DNA from: Malacoraja senta
Lineage: Eukaryota
Reading direction: 5' to 3'
Assembly (NCBI GenBank): GCA_038087875.1
Contig: JAXLNO010000319.1
Coordinates: forward strand, 186,001-250,000
Length of the DNA: 64,000 bases
Shown: in pieces, positions 35,980-45,899 of the stretch
How positions within the stretch are numbered: the stretch's first letter is position 1
Layout: each line of letters opens with the position of its first letter
Program-made: the position numbers and the translations under genes
Notes under the pieces: generated by a model
Seen by the model: the letters and a program-made list of their open reading frames with translations, nothing else
What the model was told of the DNA's origin: nothing
Database searches by the model: none

Positions 35980-36945
35980 AAGGAGGCCATATCTCGGAAG
36001 AGGACTATCAGATCGTACTGTGGATGTTATTGCGGCAGCCTGGAGGAGTAGTAGCCAGAAGCAGTACATTTCTTACATAAGGAAATGGGAGGTGTTTTGC
36101 TCAAGGCAGAATATTACATATCACACTGCAGACATCTCAGACGTGTTAGAGTTTCTGTCAACTCTTTATTTTGATTTACAGTTAAGCTATAGTGCGATAT
36201 ATACTGCAAGGAGGGCTCTTTCTGCATATCTATGGAGGAAATCAGAGCAAAATCCTTTAGGGTCACACCTTTCGTCTGTAGGTTTATGAAGGGTATTTTC
36301 AATTCCAAGCCTTCTAGACCCAGGTATACAGAAATCTGGAATGTAAGAGATGTGTTAATGCTCCTTCGCCAATGGCCTCCTATTGCAGCTCTGTCCTTGC
36401 CCAAAATTACCATGAAGGTAGTCATGCTCGTGGCACTGGTTTCAGCACAGAGTGTGCAAACATTGCAGAAACTATGAATAGACAGGATGAAAATAGCAGC
36501 AGATGCCATTATTTTCTACGTCTATGATTTGCTTAGAGTAGACCTGGACTCACAGGATGTAAGTTGGTTTTTTCAGCATATCCTACGGATCCACGTATAT
36601 GTGTAGTGTCACATTTACGATGTTACGTTGAAGCTACCAGAACCTTAAGAGGTGCAGAATCAGCATTATTTTTCAGCCATAAAAAACCGCATAAGAAAGT
36701 GTCGGTTCAGACTATTTCAAGATGGCAGAAGCAGGTGTTGGTTGATGCAGGTATTGATGTTGACAAATTTAAATCTCATTCCACCAGGGCGGCATCAGCA
36801 TCGGCGGCCAAGGATTTGGACGTCCCAATAGACCTTATCCTCGCCGCCGCAGGATGGGCATGTGAACGAATGTTTCACAAGTATTACCATAAGGAGATTA
36901 CAGATCCTGGGTTATTTGGTGGTGCTGCTTTGGATTCAGTATTAA
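35980..36945 (+). pseudogene. DIRS #2 tyrosine recombinase (frameshifted)
   Basis: ORFs 36020..36289, 36232..36477 and 36564..37094, with SHSTRAAS, AAGW and FHKYY. Confidence 0.85.
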
Positions 36946-37446
36946 GTCCCCCTTGTGATAAAGGGGTTACTATTGTTCTGATAAATAAACCACTAACAGA
37001 TTGCATCTATGTTGTTGTTATGCATTGTTGGTTGCTTTACTCATTTAGAGTCAATCAATGCAGTGAGACGCCTGAATTTGAATCTACGGTGTGAAATCAC
37101 AGTGCTTTAAAATCTTCACGTAGTCACTCACGTGACTCCGAAGTAAAATAGTAAGATTAAACGAGAACTTACCAGTTTGAAGTTTGATCTTTATTTTATG
37201 AGGTGTTACGATTAGGGACTATGTGCCCTCCACCCCCACCCCTCATGAAGGTCAACTGGTAGTTCTAGCCTTCACGTATCTTACTATCATACTTCAGTAA
37301 TTATTATCTGTGATTTCACACCGCTGCTTTGAAGGTTGACGCGTGTGCGGCTGGACGGGGTCTTCTTCACGTAGTCCCTCATCGTAACTCCTCATAAAAT
37401 AAAGATCAAACTTCAAACTGGTAAGTTCTCGTTTAATCTTACTATT

Positions 37447-38160
37447 AAAACTCTGGGAGACATGTACGAAATGGGAAACCTTTTATCATTTCAACAATTG
37501 CAATTAAAATACAAACTGAAAAGTTATCAATATTTTAAATACCTTCAAATCCGAGATTACTTGAAAAAACACACACAAGAATATCAAACCTTAACCCCAG
37601 ATTTATTAGATGAAGGAATGAACAGAAAGGCGGAATCAATTAATTAAAAATCATATTTGTATAACATCATTTTAAATATAGAAATACCATCGACAGAGCC
37701 AATTAGAATGGACAGGGAACAAGAATTATCTGTAAACATTCCTAAAGACAGATGGGAAAAATACTTGTTACATGTACATAAATGCTCGATTAATGTAAGA
37801 CTTAATTAAATTAAATTTTTTACATAGATTATATTACTCGAAATCTAAACTGAATAAAATGTTTCCACATGTTTCACCCATCTGTGATAAATGCTTATCT
37901 CAAAATGCTAATATAGTACACTCTTTTGTCTCTTGCATAAAACTTCATAAAATTTGGAATGAGATTTTTGGAATCTTCACAAAATTATTTAAATTAAAAT
38001 TGAACCTCAATACAGAACTTAAATTTTCGGATCAATAGAAGACGACGGTAAGCTGACTTCGTTTCAAAAGTGTCTTCTTAATTATGGCCTAATAACGGCA
38101 AAAAAACACACTTAAATTCTGGAAAATGCATCCACACCAACGCTCAATATGTGGATTTCA
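37447..38160 (+). pseudogene. L1 copy 3 ORF2 C-terminal region
   Basis: Motifs MYEMGNLLSFQQLQ, SPICDKC and LNYGLITAK. Cut by a CR1 insertion. Confidence 0.8.
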
Positions 38161-39213
38161 TAGAAACATAGAAACATAGAAAGTAGGTGCAGGAGCAGGC
38201 CATTCGGCCATTCGAGCCAGCACCGCCATTCATTGTGATCATGGCTGATCGTCCCCTATCAATAACCCGTGCCTGCCTTCTCCCCATATCCCTTGACTCC
38301 ACTAGCCCCTAGAGCTCTATCTAACCCTCTTAAATCCATCCAGTGATTTGGCCTCCACTGCCCTCTGTGGCAGGGAATTCCATAAATTCACAACTGTCTG
38401 GGAGAAAACGTTTTTTCTCACCTCAGTCTTAAATGACCTTCCCTTTATTCTAAGACTGTGGCCCCTGGTCCTGGACTCGCCAAACATTGGGAACATTTTT
38501 CCTGCATCTAGCTTGTCCAGTCCTTTTATAATTTTATATGTTTCTATAAGATACCCTCTCATCCTTCTAAACTCCAGTGAATACAAGCCTAGTCTTTTCA
38601 AACTTTCCTCATATGAGAGTCCCGCCATCCCAGGGATCAATCTCGTGAACCTACGCTGCACTGCCTCAAACACAAGGATGTCCATCCTCGAATTAGGAGA
38701 ACACAACAGTACACTATACTCCAGATGTGGTCTCACCAGAGCCGTATGCAACTGCAGAAGAACCTCTCTACTCCTATAATGATATCCTCTAGTGATGAAG
38801 GCCAACATTCCATTATCTTTCTTAACTGCCTGCTGTACCTGCACGCTAGCTTTCAGTGACCGGTGTACAAGGACACCCAGGTCTCGCTGTACCTCCCCCT
38901 TACCTAACCTAACATCGTTGAGATAATAATCTGCCTCCTTGTTTTTGCCGCCAAAGATGATAACCTCACATTTATCTATATTATACTGCATCTGCCACGC
39001 ATCTGCCCACTCACTCAACCTGTCCAGGTCACCCTGCAACCTCGTAACATCCTCTTCATAGTTCACACTGCCACCCAGCTTTGTGTCATCCGCGAACTTG
39101 CTAGCGTTGATGCTAATGCCTGCCATTCTGAAAAGGACCCGTTCACTCCTACTCTTTTCTTCGTGTCTGCCAACCAATTTTCTATCCACGTCAAAACCCT
39201 ACACCCAATGCCA
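38160..39213 (-). mobile_element. CR1 LINE (family A) 3' part, internal deletion (ORF 38317..39189)
   Basis: (CATAGAAA)n tail. Motifs KFADDTK and LVRPHLEY. Confidence 0.88.
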
Positions 39214-39800
39214 TGGTACACAGGCGCGTGGACTCTGTTCGGATAAATGCTGATCAGGAGACGCGCATCACTGGGAAAGTAATGAAGAAAGCTTATTCTT
39301 TTTTAAAAAATTGAACCACCTACATGGTTCTGGATTAGTGCAGTGAATACACGGGACACTTAGAAACGTTTTGAAGCAAAGACCTGAGCGAGGGTTGCGT
39401 TAAAGTGCACCCAGCCATACCGATGAAGTACGCAGAAATCACAGCTAGAAGGACAAGGTTAAAACCATTTGGGCTCATAGTAGGATGACAGTGGTTTGCA
39501 ATGGCATCAAAAACGTGTCCGGGTACATCTAGCATTTATTAATGAGATTGCACGAACTCAGCAAAGGGGTAATTGAGCAGCAGAGCATAAATGGTTGGAA
39601 AAGGACAAAATAACAATTGAAGCCAAAATGCCGAATGGTTAACGAGAAAATTCATCCCATAAAGGGCTAACGTCCATGCCCGGTATGTGGGACCACACGG
39701 TGTCATAGTGGCAAGAGCAAATATGCCTTCGTGCACATCAGGCATAAGTGAAAACATTGGGTGGTGAAAACATTTTAGTTAGTTGAAGTACCGTAAATCT
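39214..39800 (+). pseudogene. Decayed retroviral/LTR-element integrase (core to C-terminus)
   Basis: Manual translation across frameshifts: RINADQETRITGKVMK, HLHGSGLVQ*IHGTLR, VKVHPAIPMK...RTRLKPFGLIVG, ARYVGPH, KHFS*LKY. These fall in integrase order (SDQG..FT, HPQSSG.VER.NGTL, TG.SPFEL..G, GPY, H.S.LK). Confidence 0.65.
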
Positions 39801-39855
39801 AAATTTAAACAAAACTGAACTGGTTCTGTAGTCTGGCTGGGTTTGTTTCTCTCTC

Positions 39856-40095
39856 ATAGAAACATAGAAACATAGAAAATAGTTGCAGGAGGAGGCCATT
39901 CGGACCTTCGATTCATTGTGATCATGGCTGATCGTCCCCTATCAATAACCCGTGCCTGCCTTCTCCCCATATCCCTTGACTCCACTAGCCCCCAGAGCTC
40001 TATCTAACTCTCTCTTAAATCCATCCAGAGACTTGGACTCCAATGCCCTCCAATGTTTCCTGCATCTAGCTTGTCCAGTCCTTTTATAATTAATA
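39856..40095 (-). mobile_element. CR1 (family A) 3' tail fragment, internally deleted
   Basis: (CATAGAAA)n tail and 3'UTR matching 38160-38360. Confidence 0.8.
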
Positions 40096-40779
40096 CAAGT
40101 CCTGTCGTTACACGTTTCTTAAGTTTATCGGAATATGGGTGGAATTATGAGTGCTAAACGTGAACACATTCCTTCAGACAAACTAACTGGTATAAGGAAC
40201 AAAACGGAAGATTCCGTGTGGTTGCAATTGATTTTAGAAATGGTACACTTACCTGCACAGATGGAGCCCAACTAAAAACAGAATCAAGGGATGACATTCT
40301 GGAGAAAATCGTGGGCATTTTAGAATTTGAGTCACTTGGAGACCGAGTCGGATCTAAATGCATTAACTATTGTTGCCCATCATCATCATCACATTGAGGC
40401 CACGCATGACCTTACTGGGTTGTGTAATTCCGGAATGACTCCAATATCTGTTGAGGGAGCGGTTATAGGGAAAGGTATGAAACACATAGAATCCGAAGAG
40501 GATTATATGTGCAGAGTTGGTGCGACTAGGATATGCGGCAGGGTTCAGCACAAGGTAATATGATACATTAAGAACAGGTGCACATAAAGAACAGGTTTGT
40601 GACTATTCCAAGTAGCTAACGACCATGAGAGAGGTGGGCATTCTGCAGATAGCTAATCTACAACACAAATTGGATATCGACTAAACAATTGGTGGGGTCA
40701 GAAAATGCAACCTGACTGTCACCTGGGACCCACAACCTTCACGAAGCAGACTCAACAACACGTGGTCTGACTCAGCTCG

Positions 40780-43345
40780 GTCCTGCTGCTTCCCCAATCC
40801 TACAGGGAACCTCAGTAGTGATGGGTCTTCCCTTTCCGCCTCTTTTAACAACGTTAACCTCTCCACGCCCCACCCATACAATAGTCCTTACGCACCCTCC
40901 TCTCAAAATACCCACATCCCCAACACCAGATCTCCCCTCGGACTCTGTCTATTCCCCGGCCTTTCTCGGACCCCAAGCACAACCGTTGTGGTGTCAACAC
41001 CAACACCCCCACCTCTCTCTTTCTGATACGGAACAGTCTGTCATCAACAGAGGTCTCACATTCTTTTCTCTCCGCCCCCTCTCACCGAGTTCCGTGGTCC
41101 GCCATGACGTAGAGCTTTCTTACGTCGTCTCCGCCTCCGTGCCTTTCACTTTCGGATGGAGTCCTCACCTCCTATTGGACTCCCATGATCGGCCTTCTAC
41201 CCTGTAGACCTCTTTTTTTCTAACTGCCGGCGTGACATCCACCGTCTCAGCTTTTCCATTCCCCTTACCTACTCCACCCTCACTCCTTCGGAACGTACAG
41301 CACTCTGCAGCAACACTGACATTATAATCAAACCCATTGACATGTGAGTTGCCGTGGTAGTCTGGAGCGCTGACTACCGGGCTGAGGACAGGCGATACAT
41401 TTTAGACACCTCCTCGTTGTTTACCTTGGACCATGAATACGCAGATGAGCACCAGGCCTTAATCTCAAACACCGTTACTGATGTGATCACTTCTGGCTGC
41501 CTGCCTTCCACAACCTCGAATCTTATAGTTTCCTAGCCCCGCATAGGCCATTTTTACCTGCTCCCTGAAAAGTCAACGAACACAACTGTCCTGGAAGACG
41601 CATTGTTTCTGCTTGCTCCTGACACACTGGAGTGATTTTCACGTACCTCGACTCCATGCGACCCCCCCGATCCAATCTCTCCCGACCTATGTCGAAGATA
41701 CCTCACATGCACTTCGTCTCTTTAATGACTTCGTTTTTCCGAGCCCCAACTCCCTCATCTTTACTGTGCCCATAACACTATCCCCGTTACATTGATGGCT
41801 GTATCGGTACTACTTCCTGAACCCACGCAGAACTCATGAACATCATCAACTTCACCACCAACTTTCACCCTGCACCCAGATTTACTTGGAACTTCTCCGA
41901 CACCTCACTCCCCTTTCGTGATCTCACAGTCTCCGTGGCAGGAAGTAGCCTATTGACTGTCGTCTATTATAAACCACTAAAGGCTCTGTCTTACCTGTTT
42001 GCGGTCATCGGCGGTGAAGCGCGGCTTCGCCTGTAAAGTGGACCGCACGGCAACGGCGAGAGCGCCGAGCCTATCCACGGGAGCGCCGCACGGATGCTGC
42101 GCGGGGGCCGAGTGATTCAAATACGGCTGGTCCCACGTGCTTGCGGTAAGTTAAAAAAGGGCGGGGCCGACTGCGATGACGTCGGCCCGCCGCACGTGAC
42201 TCACCAGCGGCGGCTGTGGCGGCGGCCGTCCTGATCGCGTCAATGTAGCGGTGGCTGTGCCTGCGACCGTGCCGCACACGTGCCTCACTGGCGGATGCAG
42301 TGGGGGATTGACGCACGGCGCTCGAGCCACACTGGCGGCGGCCCGTGCGGGCGGCCGTGCCGCACTCGTGCATCACTGGTGGAGGTTGTGCGGTAAGAAT
42401 ATAGTTTTCAACAGTGTAGGTTTTATTTTAGCACCGTGCGGTGTTGGGAACAACGCCGCACGGCCCCGGAATTGTGCGTTCTCACAGGTGCGCGGTCTAT
42501 GGCGGCAGATTCTTCCCGTTTCGCCGCCAATGACCGCAGACTCGTGAGACAGGCCTTTAACTCCCTCACTATCTCAAGTACATTACTTCCCACCGTGCTT
42601 TCTGCAAAAACTCCATGCCCTACTCGCAATTTCTCCGTCTATGCCGCATCTGCGGCCAAGATGAGGTGTTCCATCCGAGATGTCCTCATTCTTTATGGAA
42701 CGTGTGTTCCCTTCTCCCATCATAGACGAGTCCCGCACTCGTGCCTCATCGGTACCCCGCAGCTCAGCCCTTGCTCCCACTATCCCTAGTCGCAACAGAG
42801 ACAGAGTCCCCCTAGTCCTTACCTTCCACCCCATCAGCCGTCTCTTACAGCACATATTCATCCTACATGTCCGCTACATCCAACGGGATCCGAGCACTAG
42901 CCACATTTTCTCATCTCCACCACTTTCCACCTTCCGCAGAGACCGTTCCATCCGCAACAGGTAGTTAACTTATCCCTTCCCACCCTTCCCACACCCTACC
43001 CAGATATCTTCCCCTGCAACCGCAGAAGATGCAACTACACTGCCTCCCTCAACTCTGTCCGTGGACCCCCACAGTTCTTTCAGATTAGACAGAGGTTCAC
43101 TTCCCCCTCTTCCACCCTCGTCGGCGAGTCCAAACGCAAACTGGGCGATCGTTCGCGGATTCCGTCGCTGAACCCGCCTGACGAAAGCTCATCTCCGGTT
43201 GCAGGATATTTTAATTCTCCTTCCAATTCCTACATAAACATTTCTGTCCTCGGACTCCTCCATTGTCGCAGTGAGAAGCAAAGCAAATTGCAGGAACACT
43301 CATATTTCGCTTGGGCAACTTGCAGCCCAGTGGTATGAATATTGA
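40780..43345 (+). mobile_element. Penelope-like element (RT and GIY-YIG), decayed
   Basis: Fragments LSDTEQSVINRGLTF, IKP.D...VVVW, YYKP, PYSQFLRLCRIC, RNRDRVPLVLTFHP, GESKRKLGDRS and HLIFRLG...QPSGMNID. Confidence 0.75.
41981..42557 (+). mobile_element. PIF/Harbinger-like MITE, copy 2
   Basis: TAA TSD at 41978-41980 and 42558-42560. Reverse complement of 20242-20844. Confidence 0.8.
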
Positions 43346-43363
43346 TTTATATTAATTCAGGTA

Positions 43364-43464
43364 GGAAAAAGAAGAAGAAGAAGAGGAGGAAGAAGAAGAA
43401 GAAGAAGAAGAAGAAGAAGAAGAAGAAGAAGAGGAAGACGAAGAAGAAGAAGAAGAAGAAGAAG

Positions 43465-43526
<62 letters not shown>

Positions 43527-43875
43527 GTATAAGAAGTGGAAGTGGAAGAAGAAGAGGGAGGAAATGAAGCAGAGGATGAACAAGAAGAGGAAGAAGAAGA
43601 AGAAGTAGAAGAAGAAGAAGAAGAAGAAGAAGTAGAATAAAGAGAAGAAGAAGAAGAAGGGGATAAGAAGAAGAAGAAGAAGAGGAGGAAGAAGAAGAAG
43701 AAGAGGAAGAAGAAGAAGAAGAACAGGAGGAGGAATAGGAATAAGAGGAAGAAGCGGAAGAAGAAGGAGAAGGAGATGAAGAAGAAGAAGAGGAGGAAGA
43801 GGAATAATAAGAAGAAGCGGAAGAAGAAGGAGAAGAGGAGGAGGAGGAGGAAGAAGGGGAAGAAGGTAGAAGGTA
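43364..43875 (+). repeat. Imperfect (GAA)n / polypurine microsatellite, ~510 bp
   Basis: Directly visible, with GAG, GTA and TAA interruptions. Confidence 0.97.
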
Positions 43876-44899
43876 GACGATTCTTTGTTAAAGCCATATA
43901 ATAAGAGACCGTTGAGTTGTCGAGCACGGAAACAAATACTTTTGTCCAACTTGCCCAATCGGACCAGGTGTCATTCTGGACCTGCCTCATTTGATTGGAT
44001 ACGGTCCATCGTCCTTTAAATCCTTCCTAAAATACAGCTATCGAAATGTCGCATAAAGGTCGTAACCATATCCGCCTCTATAGATTTTCTTGCAGCGCAT
44101 GTCAGATACGAACGTCACTATGGGTGAACAAGTTGCCAAATAGTTCTCTCCTCTTCATCTCTTCTCTGACGGTGGACTAATCCTCCTCGCTAGTATAAGA
44201 GCGTGGGCGTTCTTCCAATGTGCACCTCCCTCCAGTGTTGCTGTTTAATTTCCAACTGATATTGCTAGCTAAATCTTCCTTGAGAAACAATATCATTCCG
44301 GGATTCATCACATTCTACTTTCAATCAATAACGCCACCTTCGTACATGGCAACCACGATTATCAGGTAATACTACTCACATTGTCTTCAAATGGTAAATG
44401 TGGAATAAATCATATAACAGGTGCATCAATTAACCCTCCTGGTGGCGACTGGCGGAGAGTTTGCAGTGGCCATGGAGGCCCTAAAACAACCGGATGAGCG
44501 AACGAATCGAGCGCAGACTGCGGCAGCTGCACGGTATGATTGTAGGATAATCGGCTGGCATCGTGCTGCGATATGCCATCGCCTACGTCATCATCATGTG
44601 CCACAATGTTGCAGAGCATTAAAGTGAGAAATAAAATAATTGCAAATTTCATTTGGTCAGGATAAAAGTTTTCATCGACTCGGATTTGCAAGATGGCACC
44701 GGAATTCTTCTGAAGCAACCCGCCATACGGTAGCTTTGTATTATTTGACGGCATACCATGCTGAGCAGATATTATGCTGTATATGTCTACGAGAAAGTAA
44801 ATACAGTAAACTAAGTAAATTAACTAAACTAACAAAGCAAAGTATTCGCCAAGATTCGGCATGGTACGCCGCTCTAGAAGGTTATCTAGAAGGGATCAA

Positions 44900-45760
44900 G
44901 GTCGGCAGTGGAGCGGCATTTGAAGGAGCGAGTGCGGCGATTGTCTGCTGAAAGGTAAACCCTTTTGCGGGACATTGAAAAACCGGGCAGTGACAGTCTG
45001 CAACACATACCTTCAAGATCGGCAGATGAACGGTATTTGAAGGAGCGAGTGCGGGGTTTGGCAGCAGAATCTAAATTAATTATTTGATTGGTTAGTTAGT
45101 TAATACATTAGTTATTTGATCAGGATATAAAGTTAGGCTTGATCTAGGGGAGCGGCGTGCCGAGGGGAGGTGCCTTGGAAGGTAAAGTGCCTTGCGAGGT
45201 AAAGTGCCTTAGAAGTTGGTACTGTCTCTCCTGCAGGATATGGGAGGTCAGGGACACTGCTGGCGCTTCTGACAACTACACCGGAAGAAATTGTGTACAG
45301 GTGCTGCATCTGAATGAAGGTGTTGGGAAACTGGAGCAGCAGCTCGATGACCTCAGGACCATCCGGGAAAAGGAGAGTTTCCTGGACAAGACCTACAGTG
45401 TGGTTGGCACGTCGAGGATACAGGAAGAGCGAAGGTGGGTGACAATGAAGAAGGGAAGTAAACATGGGGTGCAGGAACCCCCTGTGGATGTAGCTATAAA
45501 AAAGCAGGTATTCCCTCTTTGGAGCTGTCGGAACGTACGACACGACAAGATTGAGTCGCAGCCAGGGCTGTGACTCCAACTTTGCTGCTGAGGCTCAACG
45601 GGGAAGCGTGATTTCAGGCAGAGCCGTAGCAGTGGGAGATTTGATAGTCTGAGATGCAGACAGGACGCTCTGCAGCATCAGGCGAGACTCCAGGATGGCG
45701 TGTTGCTTCCCTTGTGCCAGGGTCCAGAAAGTCTCGAAGACGTTTGCATGGCATCCTCAA
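44900..45760 (+). mobile_element. CR1 5' region: 5'UTR repeats and ORF1 (zinc finger/leucine zipper, SGNH esterase) remnant
   Basis: Reads CLSCRIWE...C...LEQQLDDLRTIRE, then VAVGD.IV...D...C...RMACCFPCARV. The motif tttgaaggagcgagtgcgg recurs near 44920 and 45037. Confidence 0.7.
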
Positions 45761-45899
45761 TCCTCACGGTAATTACCTTGAAGGTCGCAGAGGAGCTGAA
45801 GCCAGACCAGCGAATAAGTGGATTGGCTGAACCAGATTTGGTGAGTAAATCTAGGGAGGTTTAAAACGAGCGCGAGCATCAGCAATTACGTCAACGTCA

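Larger units (their letters stand above)
23535..37446 (+). mobile_element. DIRS1-type retrotransposon #2 (outer), hosting DIRS #3 and a LINE; RNase H and methyltransferase deleted
   Basis: Left end ttttacttcggagtcacgtgagtgactacgtg at 23536. gag at 23750-24004 and 28878-29990. RT about 30060-30900. YR about 35980-36945. ICR about 37114-37225. Right end ...gtttaatcttactatt at 37446. Confidence 0.85.
11576..38160 (+). mobile_element. L1-clade LINE copy 3, near full length, split by nested insertions
   Basis: 5' end gacttccggtggcgccatg, shared with 63071. ORF1 lies at about 11770-13144. ORF2 pieces are 15238-15938, 21319-23537 and 37447-38160, and rejoin across inserts (NPKYHN|SMISDH; WERIGI|KTLGDMYEMG). 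Confidence 0.85.

Noticed and set aside
15936..37446. Prophage or bacterial integrative element (tyrosine recombinase plus Dam methylase)
   Set aside because: The gag-RT-RNase H-MT-YR order, ICR and split inverted termini identify DIRS1 retrotransposons.
43347..43990. Poly-Phe/Leu and poly-Ser ORFs (203 and 212 aa)
   Set aside because: Artefacts of translating the (TTC)n strand of the microsatellite.
44150..44890. Unique-looking stretch with short ORFs (44410..44754 and others)
   Set aside because: No motif, splice structure or repeat boundary could be supported. Left unassigned.
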